Below the pieces are notes generated by a model. It worked only from the letters and a program-made list of their open reading frames with translations, made no database searches and was not told the DNA's origin. A stretch of 64,000 nucleotides of DNA from Takakia lepidozioides (taxonomy: Eukaryota > Plantae > Bryophyta): NCBI GenBank assembly GCA_030704615.1, contig CM060733.1:16244001-16308000 (forward strand), in the 5' to 3' direction. Of the stretch, positions 25,921-36,819 are shown piece by piece. The stretch's first letter is position 1, and each line of letters starts with the position of its first letter. Position numbers and translations under genes: made by a program.

Positions 25921-26549
25921 ACCTCGTCTCGTGTACCCTAGTATCGCTAGTGCTCAAACCGGCACTTCCCCAGCAACTAGTGGCACCTCCGTGTTGACAC
26001 ACTCAACCGGTCATGAACATGTCCTAACCCCCTCTCCACAAGGTTACCGGGTAGAGAACCTGTTGCGCTTATGGTTTGGAATACTAGATTCCTAACATAG
26101 CCTACACCTGCACCTGCATCCACCGCAAGCACTCCTATGGTTGGCTGGTCATCACCTCCAACCTCACCACAGGAGAAACAATGATGTCTGACTGGTCATC
26201 ACCCCAGCCTCACCATCGACAGCATGCTCTAGGACTGGCCGGTGATCAAATCCGGACCAATCACCTATAAAAACAAGTGCCCACACAAAACTAACATGGC
26301 GCACAGTCAAGCATGATGCAGGTGTGGGGGGGATCCAAACACAAAGAAATCAGAACGACAACTCCCCCACACCAAAAACAACTCCACGGTGTTGCTCCTG
26401 CAATGACACCCCAGCCCAAACCCGGACTGACTCTTGCCTCCACCTACGGAAAGGTCTTGGCCTAATGAGAGGGTGGAAAACTACAAGGAAGAGAAGCTAA
26501 AGCAATGCCTAACCCCAGCATGCTCTCATCCCGTCCAACAGTTGGAATC

Positions 26550-26850
26550 TGTCGCCAGTCAGTCCGCTTGTCAGTCGCCAGTCTGCTGGTGTCCACTTGC
26601 CAGTCTACCGGACTGAGTCAGTCTGCTTGCCAATCGCCAGTCCGCTCGTCAATCACCGGTCTGCTGGTGAGTCCACTCGCCAGTCTACTGGACTGAGTCA
26701 ATCCGCTCGCCAATCACCGGTCTACTGGTGAGTCCACTCGCCGGTCTACCGGACTGAGTCAGTCCGCTTGCCAATCGCCAGTCTGCTCGTCAATCACCGG
26801 TCTGCTGGTGAGTCCACTCGCCAGTCTACCGGACTGAGTCAGTCCGCTGC
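26550..26850. repeat. Short-period tandem repeat in the retroelement 5' region
   Basis: Recurrent cgccagtctaccggactgagtcagtccgc and caatcaccggtctgctggtgagtccact. Confidence 0.85.
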
Positions 26851-27359
26851 AGAGCTGCAGAGAACCAAAAAGCAAGTGGAAGGAGCAGGGCTGCCCACAG
26901 CCTCTTCTTCATCAGTCGACTCAGTCTCAGGAGAAGCTGGAATGGCTTTATCACCAGCCCCCTTACATCTGGGGATCCAGTCCAAAGGTAAGGGAAAAGC
27001 CTCTCCAAACACGCCACTAAACTCAATGGCAAACAACCAAGCCCTGCTGGCTCCCAGCCCTTGTGAGCACTCATTCAAGCACTCTCCTTGGCCATAGCAT
27101 CTGTCTTAGAGCCTATTCCAGCCCCCTACACCTGCCACTTCAAGAGCCATGCTCTACCTAGGCTTGGGGTTGAAACCTCAACTCACATATGCCCTACAAG
27201 TGGTCTTCTTTCACCCAAGTGGGAACCAGCCCTAGCCCTTCCATTCTAGCTCTCTAAAGCTTGAAAACAAAAGCCTCAATGGGCTGAAGGCATGCTCCAC
27301 ACATGCCCCACTCTCACCATGAGAGAATCAGCTCTTTTGCTTCATTTCTTGCACCCACA

Positions 27360-27600
27360 AACCTGAAAATACAAGCTTCAGCAGGCTGAAAACATGCTCC
27401 ACACATGCTCTACAGGGCAACCAGCCCCTTCCTTCCTTTCTTGCACTCCCAAACCTGAAAGTACAAGCCTTCAACAGGCTGAAAGCATGCTCCACACATG
27501 CTCTACAGGGCAACCAGCCCCTTCCTTCCTTTCTTGCACTCTCTCCAAGCTTGAAGATGGCAGCTTCAACGAGCTGAATACATGCTCCACACATGCAACC
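27360..27600. repeat. ~95-bp tandem repeat in the retroelement 5' region
   Basis: caggctgaaa..catgctccacacatgctctacagggcaaccagccccttccttcctttcttgcactc repeated. Confidence 0.85.
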
Positions 27601-28110
27601 TCTTCACACAAGAGGTATCAGCCCCCTATCTTGGCTCCTTGGCTCCTTGATGCTCTCTAAGACAAGACTAAGCACTCCACAGCCCTTGCCAAGCTCCTGA
27701 AACCCTAAGGCTTACATTTCCAGCCCCAAGAGACTCCTCTTGTGGTGCAAGAGCTCTTCTTCCAAGCTCTGAAACCCTAGGTGCACATTCCATGGCCTTG
27801 CCGCACATCTTAGCTTTTGTTCTAGCCCTACTCTTGCCATGACAAGAGCCCTCTCAATGCTGAAGCTCGAGATTGAAACCCAATCTCCACATACTCCACA
27901 AAGTGCACTGATTTGCCCCGAGCCAAATCAGCCCTTTCGCTTGGTCTTACAATCCTTCACACAATGAAAGCTCGCATTCCCAAGTCCAGTTCTCAGCTTT
28001 GCCACCAAGCCACTCCATGGTGCTCCTTGCATAACAACCTGGTTTCTCTCATTTCTCAAGCAAAAACCACAAGTGCTACAACTAACTCGAACCTGGCACT
28101 CACAGACTCG

Positions 28111-28128
28111 GGCTGATCTTTCTCGAGT
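28111..28128 (-). other. Candidate self-priming primer-binding site
   Basis: Lies immediately inside repeat B; 17/18 complementary to 28293-28310 (and to the equivalent site in the other B copy); no canonical TGG-starting tRNA PBS. Confidence 0.6.
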
Positions 28129-28455
28129 GATAAAGAAAGAAGAAAGAAGAGGACATACAAGCACAAGCTCACAAGCTGAAGCATAAACTCATGCATATAT
28201 AACCTCATCACTCAAATACAAGTCAAGCCACGTGCACCCCACGCCATGGGGAATCCACACTACGGTGCCATAGCTAGGCGCGGTGATGCTCAACTCGAGA
28301 AAGATGAGCCTCCCGCGCTTGCCGTGAAGATAACCACTCCAGGGCCTAAATCTGCCTTGACCCCTGGATTGACACTTGGGCCAATCCCAAATGTCAATAT
28401 ATAAAAACTAGCTATTTTCTAGCTAGTTTCACACTAGTGGTAAAATAACTTGACA
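28129..28455. repeat. Terminal repeat B (outer copy, 5' end of element)
   Basis: Near-identical to 19177-19503. Confidence 0.95.
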
Positions 28456-29960
28456 AGGATCCCAGCCTCCAACAATGGACTCGTCCACCAACACCTCTCT
28501 GCCAACGGAGTCCGCCAAGGAGACGTAAAAAACAGATTGACCCTCTACGTACCCATGGCAAAAATCACGTTCCAACTTTTGAATGTCATTCATCAGAGCT
28601 GGTCGAACAAAGGGCATGGAGATCAAACGACATAGGGGTATCATTATTTTTCCCCCAGGGACGCCCATGGCCTTGATGACTTGGGCAGAATTCACTTTGG
28701 AGAATGAAAGCAGATCTTTCGCTTTGTCTTCATATGACCTGCCATCGTCCTCCTCCTCAACAACCACCAGTTCCTGCTCAATCACTTCTTCCTCGACCTG
28801 AGTAGCACCTTTCATTTTCTTTGTCTGCACTCAAAACGATATATTATGAATGTAAAAGACTTGCCAGAAATTGCGTGCTTCAACGCACGCAATTTTCTAC
28901 CCTCTGAAAGGTACTCATTTCTTTGCCTATTTCATACCCAATGTCAATCTACTCTCTTGCATCAAACATTTAATCTAATCTCGCTGTAGGCTGAAAGGTG
29001 AGTGCGAGAGAACCTCCAGAAACTGCGTGCGTTGACGCACGCAATTTCTGGGGGTTCTCTCACACTCACTTTTCTGCCTATTCATGGCTTCTGTCGCAGT
29101 TAACACAGCACAGCTGAGAGAAGGTCATAGAGAGAACATTCAGAAATTGCGTGTGTTGACGCACGCAATTTCTGGAGGTTCTCTCTATGACCTTCTCTCG
29201 GCTGTCGAACTCTAATCGAACTACTTGGGATGGTACAACCATTGTGCAATGTGAAAGTCTCCCCTCCTATGCAGTACATGAAAAGTGAGAAGTGGGTCAC
29301 ACCCGGGTTTGGTTGTTATGCATTGCCTGCATCCCTGTGGTCTTACTCTAAATGATCAAGCATAAAAAAGCAGAAGAGATGGCAAGAAAAATGTGTGCGC
29401 CACCGCACGTAGTTTTCATGCCCTGGAAACTTGACAGAAAATGGCAAGTAAGAGAATCACCTGAGGTCCTTTGGCCGCCTTTGATGTGGCAACAACGGCG
29501 GTCGTCCTCCCAGTTTGGGCAGCCTTCTTAACCTTTGGTGTCGCCTCCTCCTCCACAATGTTCTTCCCCTTCGGCGTGGATTCCTTTGCAAGAGCGTCTG
29601 CCTCGTCTGTGTCCATAGAGTCTGTGTCGTCCTCTGACACAGTTTCGTCCGCAACTTCATCAGGAGTTGGCGGCTGGTCCTCCCCCGCCATGTGTTCGGT
29701 TTCCAGGGCTGCGCTCTCCTCTGCGATCTCCTTCAGTGTCATGTTCAGCTTTCGGCCTTTCATTCTCTCTCTTGCCTTCTTCCTCTCTCGCGCTGAAGTA
29801 AAAAAGAATGACTGTCTTCTAGGCCTTCCACTCTCTTGCGCGGAACTCTGTCTCCTGCTACTCTCCAGCTTGAAAAACTACGATCTACTGGAATGAGAGA
29901 CGTCGTGCGATGAGTAGCAGCCGGGGCATCGCTCTCGGCGGTTATACATGTATTCACTGC
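28456..29960 (-). pseudogene. 5' part of the MULE cargo gene (acidic/low-complexity N-terminus and first half of ParB/Srx-like domain)
   Basis: IMIPLCRLISMPFVRPALMNDIQKLERDFCHGY...VFYVS continues in frame across the gypsy insertion to DGNHR; exact start uncertain. Confidence 0.6.
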
Positions 29961-30429
29961 ATACGTGTCCCCCTCCTAACGGCACACTCGTCCATTCTGC
30001 GGTGGCTGCCGTCTTTCATTATGGAGGTATGGCCATCGCATGGATTTGATTCGGATGGATGACTAATTTCAGTAGATTTTTTGGATTCTCCCAGATCAAC
30101 ATCTTCCATTCGTTCGACGCCGATTCGTCTTAAACCCTACACTCAATGCATTGTCGAGTTCCACGTAGCTGAACACCTTGGGGTGGCATGGGATGTTGGT
30201 CCCCGCCGTCATTTCACATGGGTCTGTAAAGGCAGATAACTGCTTAATAACTGTTTTATGAACTGTTTTGACAACTGTTTCTGAAAGGCTCTTTAACGGT
30301 ATGTCAGCTTTTAAAATAGGTCTTGACTGACCCTTCCATAACGGTTTGGGACATACATGACGAGTTGTCCTTTGCCGACCTCGTTAGTAAAGGTGACGGA
30401 CTTTTAGGTTTCGGTCTGAAATGTAAAGC

Positions 30430-33400
30430 ATGAGAAATGTAATCCCCACTATTGTTTGTAACAAGAATCCGCACAGAAGTTGTGGCTTCCGCACTTTTGC
30501 GAGGGAATTTCTTTTGCAGCAACATGGCTTCTCCGAAGCGGAGTTTTACTCTGTGGAGAAACCGGTACCTTTCTCGAAGGAGACCGATGACAATGGTTTT
30601 GCAATTGCGGAGGAACATCTCCTAGCAATGCGTTTCGAGTTCCAGTATGGTACTGTGTGGCTAGAAAGAGAGGTTTACGGTGTCGGTGGGAAGTTGAAGA
30701 AGTATGCTTTCCAGAAACCAGATGAAAACGCACTTATGAGTCAGTGGAGAGTTCCTCCAGGAAGATACAGAGTCTTTGGAGCTCATTGCCGGCAGTCGAT
30801 TGGTTCGTATGTGGCGTCGGAAACTGCTGCTTCTGTTGTTCAAGACAAGATGAATGTGGTCGTGAAGACGGAGCCCACAACTTCTAGACAAATTGTTGAG
30901 CTCTCCGATTCCTCGGAGGAGGACGTCCCGAAAATTCCTTTTGTGGCTCCTTCTCTGGTGGTGTGGTGCCCCAATTGAAGGACCTGTGTAGTGTCATTCC
31001 TAAACTGAAGTCAATGGGAGGAATGCCCGGTTTCAAGAGTGAATTGCGGGGGATTGACTAGGACACTGTCCCTGTTGAGCGTGTGCAGTACCTTCCAAAA
31101 TCTTTTGATGGGGATGTCGTCTTCGAGCTGCCTCCACCTGGGCGGGGTGGACCCGTTTGGAGCCTCATGCACGGAATGGACAAGAGACACGATGGACACC
31201 TATGGTGCAGAACGAAGACATCCAATATTCAACATGATGACAAGCTCGTGTTCAGGAGAGCGGTGTGCAATGGGCACCTGAGGTGCGAGAATTTGAGTTG
31301 CAGACATTTCTGCGGTCAGAGGTTCAGAACCAGAGCGAGAGCCCGGTGAAGCACCTCCAAGCTCCAACACTTTCGTTTGCAAGTTCTGCAAACGAGCGCC
31401 TTCCTGTGTGCAGTGTGTGGAGCAAGAATGTACTATGTGGTGCACCGTTTTCCAACCTTGACTAGAGCCGGTGTGCATTTCGGGTTCCACAACCATCCAG
31501 TGTCGAAGGGGATTACAGGGAAAGCGTTGAAACAGTATCTAGGTTGATAAGACAAGAGTATGAGAGCAATCCAACAGCCACCACCTCCACAATTGTTCTT
31601 GGAGCAAACAAGACTTCCTGGAAACCATATTCTTAGTGAAGGAGATTCTGTGGGCAGGAAACTCGACGGGTCAGCCTTGGACAATGTTATGGATCACTTC
31701 TCTACCTCGAGCTCGCCGAACATTAAAACCAGGTGAATGCATTGAGGATGGGCTCTGCTAACAGAGGGTACGTTGATAACATTTTCGAGTTGAAGCGATG
31801 GAGCAGTATGACTACATTCAAGAGAGTGTGTTCCCAGGTCAAAGGTCGAACAAAGTGTACGTTTTCAAAATGTCCACAGCTGGGGAGGGCAGCGGAGTCA
31901 GTCTTGTGAAGCGCATGCAGAAGGGTGGCGATCTTCAAAAACTGTTTCCTTATGTTTGATCACGTCAAATGAGTGAAAAGACTGGACTACAATGGCGTGT
32001 CATGTTTACGATCCTTTCTACCAGCGAGTCATGACAATTGCAGTGTGTGACATGCAATCAGAGGATGTGGATTCGCAGCAGCTAATGTGGAGAAATCTCA
32101 TTCGCGTTATGGACTCCCAAGGTGTCCCATGTCCAAATTTCGCCAGATTTATGGCAGATAGTGCTCAAGCGAATTTCAATGCTATTCGCATTGTTTGGAT
32201 CAGGAGATCCAAAGGTGCCAATGCCAGGAAGAGAGCGAACATATCTTTTCCATTGACCAGTCCCTTGAGAAACATACAAAGGCAGACATCAAACCGAAAA
32301 TGCAGCCTATTCATCTTAGGCTATGCAAAAGTACAAAGATGCCAAGAAGCATGGCAGAGGCGAATACATTGTTCCAGACAATTTGTGCCTAGAGGTCATC
32401 TGGGTGCATCAGAAGACAGTATGAGAGCGCTAGAAGACTGGTTGGCATTTTGGCACTTCCGGTACAGACAATGGGAGCATGCATGACAACGGTGCGTGCA
32501 TTGAAAACTTGAAAATTTCATTGAGTTTGTATCCATTTCCAATCATGTCTGTTGTGGTGAGGTGTGCATGTCCTCTTTCTGATATATGTTTTTCCATTTT
32601 GCAGCACTTCTCAATTGAGGAGATGGCGGACATCCCCTCTTGCAATCTGGCGGAGACGGTGCACAATGTATGGTTGCAGCAATCTGGAAAGCGGGGCGGG
32701 ATTTGTATGTGGCGACGGCAGATGATCTGATTCAAGCTCTACTGCAATAGACGAGATATCGGGAGTTCTTGCGGGGTGGCGTTGGTGGCAAGGGTCCAGA
32801 CAAGTCCGAGTTGATGTTGCGAGTAGCAAGAAGATCAGGGGATCCGAACAAGAGTTCCAGGGCTGTCAGCATGTGTGCGGAAGGAACTCCTCTGGTGTCC
32901 AGAGTTCCCCATCTGGAGGGTGAGAGAGATTCGGGTCTTGTAAACGGAAATTGAACACCTTTCTTGGGTCGGATGCGGACTCCCACAAGCCGGACAGGGA
33001 CAACTTCTCCATGCCGCGTGTTCCATTTCATCAGAGGTTCGTTTCCGGCATATCCAGTGTGAACGATCCTTTGTCACAAAGCCAAAGGCAGCCATCCCCA
33101 CAGTGAGTGCAATGGGGCAGGAGGCGAACGTGCTCCCCCTGTGGTGGAGTCCATGTGCCCCGACGAAGTCTGGCACATAGAACGCACCACTGCTGGGTCT
33201 CTCGAGTGAAGTGCACGGCAATCAGAGCAACCAATCGTGAGAAATGCAAGTCCTCCATATCCAGAGGCAAGGTCCGAACTCCGGCTCCGACCTTCACTGG
33301 TTTGTTCACGCCTTATGGGCAAGCCGAGGCGAAGAACCACAAATTCTGGTTCTGCCCTGACGACTGGTAGGTGCGTGCGTGGGACTGTGCGACCATCGGT

Positions 33401-33980
33401 TATCATGAAGCCTCCTCCACCAAGCGTTTGGCCTGTGAAGGTGGGGACACATCTCACAACTCACGAGATTGCCATGCTGGGAGGAGGCAGGCTTCTCCCT
33501 TTAGCGAGCCCCCTCTGTACATGCAGGTGCTTCTACTTCAGCAAGTTCTGGAGTGCCACCACCGAATGCTGATGCATGGCCAACAAAACGAAATGGGAAG
33601 CTGGTTCGTCGTTTCCCTCCGACTGCCGAGCATTTCGGCAAGGTGGAATCCGCTTGAATGCTTCAAGGTCGTGTTACAGGCACTACGGAAGTTCCACATC
33701 CCAGGTATGGACGAATCTACACTATGATGACCTCCACATCCGCTATGCACGACCGGTTGTACGACACCGTTTCAAATTTCCCCAACTGCACCTGTCCTGA
33801 TTTTGTTGGCATGCTTACAACAAGTTTGGAAAGACAGACAAATTTATACCCTGCAAGCATCTGTATTTTATTTCTTGAACAGAATGGTTTGTGATCCCAG
33901 ACACGACATCTTCATTCACCAGGCCACCATGAGTTTCAACGAGGTGAATACACTTATGCAGCGGGATAGGAGCACATAGC
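30430..33980 (+). pseudogene. MULE-type DDE transposase with N-terminal Cys/His zinc-finger region and SWIM finger; disrupted
   Basis: CNGHLRCEN...HFGFHNHP; MFDHVK (D1), FMADSAQANFNAIR (D2), YLFH, SCNLAETVHN (E), CTCPDF...PCKHLY; in-frame TGA after FDHVK and several frameshifts. Confidence 0.8.
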
Positions 33981-34828
33981 ATCCTCTTCACTTTGGTCAT
34001 CTACAAATTCCATTACTGGATTTTACAAGAGTTGAAACTTGAACTTGATGTCCCTTCATATATTTGATGCCAATGCAGCCTCCAATTATGTTGTGCAATG
34101 TGTGCCATTTCTTTCTTGTGTGTAGTCGTTCGAATAAAAATGGAATGGATGCAAATGCTTTCACAAGTCGTTCCTGTATTTTAATTTCTGGTGTTTTGCA
34201 TGAATGAATGTCACGGCTATAGGCCCCTCGGCTATAGGTGCTACATGTTTCTGATGATATGGCATCTGCCAAGTTGTCCAGATGCCACGTCAGTCGGATA
34301 TTGACATGTCAGCAGACCCGCCACGTCAGCCTCACGCTCACGCCACGTCAGCGCGACCCCACGCTCACGTCACATCAGCTGGTGTGAGCCTGCGCTCACG
34401 CCACATCACCTCCGCGTGAGCGTACGCTCTCACGCTCACGCGGAAGTCACGTCCTTTCGGGGGTGGGCTCTATGTGGCTACAGTTCTATTGTGTTCTATT
34501 GTAGCACAAGCTATTATAGATTGTAATAAGAAGTTCTTCAATGTCATAGGGCCCACCCCCGAAAAGAGGGCAATAGCGGCGAGGCAAAGTGACTTTAGTT
34601 ACGCCGGCTTTGATCAAAGTCTTTTCTCTCTCTATTTCATTGATATCTTTATGGGTTTACCTGGGTTTGTCAATGATTGTCGGGTGTGGGAACAGTGCAT
34701 CTCTATTGAAGTTTGAAGATAGATTCCAGATTTTCGTGGAATGACATCTTATGGTCGAAGAACGGATTAGAGTCAAACACAAGGTATGGTGGACTGTGAG
34801 TATGCTAGCTGGTCTGGCTTTAAGGCGG

Positions 34829-35002
34829 GCCTTGTACATGGCGTCGGCCTAATAATATTGCAAAGCATGATTTTCTTAACTCAATATTAATCACTTTGCA
34901 ATAGAAAAGGTATTGGCTGGCCTTGTACATGGCGCCGGCCTAATAATGTTGCAAACCATGGTCTTTTTAACTTGAGTATATTATTCACTTTGCAATAGAA
35001 AA
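34829..35002. repeat. Diverged ~90-bp direct duplication
   Basis: ggccttgtacatggcg.cggcctaataat.ttgcaaa.catg...tcactttgcaatagaaaa occurs twice. Confidence 0.8.
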
Positions 35003-35269
35003 TGAATCAACATTAGCTGGGCCAATCAATGCACATATTTATGAAGTTAAAGGTACAGTCAATGTCAAATCCCTTCAGAACAACTGGTTCATTAAAAGCC
35101 AAACCGTTCATATGTAAACAAGGAAGGCAATTGTTTTCCATCTCAAAGAATTACTAGGCATCATGGGATGTCTTAATTTTGAAAAACAAGGCTAAAACAC
35201 GCAATCACAAGTAGACACGTTGTGGTACACTTTAACAGTAACCAGATGTTTTATAGAATACAACGCTGA

Positions 35270-36530
35270 CAATTGGCAAGAACATAGGCCCATTTGAGTA
35301 CCTGAACGTCCGGAAACTTGAACAACAAGTGCAGATCTGTTGGGGGCAAGACCACAACCCCTTAAGAACATTCAGAGTCAAGAGGCCACCATAACTTGAT
35401 CACACTAGTTTTAGGAATGTTTCAAGCCATAGCACACCCAAACTAGAGCAATTGCAAGGAGATAGGCCAATCTAAGTACGTGAACGTCCGGATACTTCAA
35501 AAACAAGTGCAGATCTGTTGGGGCCAGACCACAACCCCTTAAGAAAATTCAGAGCTCAAGAAGCCACCATACCTGATCACACTAGTTGTTAGAAATGTTC
35601 AAGCCATAGCACATCACAACTGGAGAAATTGCCAAGGAGATAGGCCCATCTGAGTCCGAATGTCGGAAACTTGAACAACAAGTGCAGATTTGTTGGCGGC
35701 CAGACCACAACCCCTTAATGAGATTCAGAGCTCAAGAGGCCACCATACCTTGATCACACTAGTTGTTAGAAATGTTTCAAGCCATAGCCCACCACAATTG
35801 GAGCAATTGGCAAGAAGAGAGGCCCATCTGAGTACCTGAACGTCCGGATACTTGAATAACAAGTGAGATCTGCTGGGGGCCAGAACCACAACCCTTAGAA
35901 AATTCAGAGCTCAAGAAGCCACCATACCTTGATCACACTAGTTGTTAGAATGTTTCAAGCCATAGCACATCACAACTGGAAAAATTGCCAAGGAGATAGG
36001 CCCATCTGAGTACCCGAACGTCCGGAAACTTGAACAACAAGTGCAGATTTGTTGGTGGCCAGACCACAACCCCTTAATGAGATTCAGAGCTCTAAAGGCC
36101 ACCATACCTTGATCACACTAGTTGTTAGAAATGTTTCAAGCCATAGCCCACCACAATTGGAGCAATTGGCAAGAAGAGAGGCCCATTTGAGTACTTGAAC
36201 GTCCGGATACTTGAATAACAAGTGCAGATCTGCTGGGGGCCAGACCACAACCCCTTAAGAAAATTCAGAGCTCAGAAGGCCACCATACCTTGATCACACT
36301 AGTTGTTAGAAATGTTTCAAGCCATAGCACACCACAACTGGAGCAATTGCCAAGGAGATAGGCCTATCTGAGTACCTGAACGTCCGGAAACTTGAACAAC
36401 AAGTGCAGATTTGTTGGGGGCCAGACCACAACCCCTTGAAAATTTTTATGGCTCTAAAGGCTAGCATATCTTCATCACCCTACTTGCTACAAATCCACCA
36501 AGCCATAGCACACCCAAATTGGAAAAATTG
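35270..36530. repeat. ~180-bp satellite, about 7 units, alternating dimer structure
   Basis: ggcccat-type unit starts near 35287, 35465, 35643, 35821, 35999, 36180, 36361. Confidence 0.93.
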
Positions 36531-36819
36531 GCATGCAGATAGGGCACAACATAAATGAATGGGACTCGGTCTGGCTTCACCCCCTGCTGATGTGCATTTG
36601 CTCACAGGTCTCCAAAGCCTCCATCCCCCATATCCATGATGTGCATGTCCTGCAATCATAGCACTCCAGAACACCACATCTCGTTTGCCCATTAAACACT
36701 TCATTTGCATCCATAGTGCTCCCACATTTGGCATACATATCAACAAGGGTATTGTTCAGAATGACATCTGGTACTATTCCAGCCTTGACGATGTCACCAT
36801 GGACCTCTTTTTCCTTCAT
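36480..36819 (-). pseudogene. PLS-class pentatricopeptide repeat gene fragment
   Basis: EVHGDIVKAGIVPDVILNNTLVDMYAKCGS...RDVVFWSAMIAGHAHHGYG; frameshifted. Confidence 0.88.

Larger units (their letters stand above)
18996..28455 (-). mobile_element. Gypsy-like retroelement with split direct repeats, C5-DNA-methyltransferase, DDE integrase and PHD finger; RT/RNase H deleted
   Basis: TGTC...GACA termini; AGGA TSD at 18992-18995 and 28456-28459; removing the element restores the host frame GGWDP-IWRQINEEF. Confidence 0.92.
13470..34636. mobile_element. Large Mutator-like (MULE) DNA transposon with imperfect terminal inverted repeats and cargo gene
   Basis: Left aatagagagaagact...aaagccgacttaactaa...cgcgtgagcgtgagagcg is mirrored at 34425-34636 (cgctctcacgctcacgcg ... 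ttagttacgccggcttt...agtcttttctctctctatt); MULE transposase inside; no TSD found, so ends are approximate. Confidence 0.7.

Noticed and set aside
18996-28455. DIRS/Ngaro tyrosine-recombinase element
   Set aside because: Repeat layout fits, but no tyrosine-recombinase motif was seen; it has a DDE integrase, protease, TG...CA ends and a TSD
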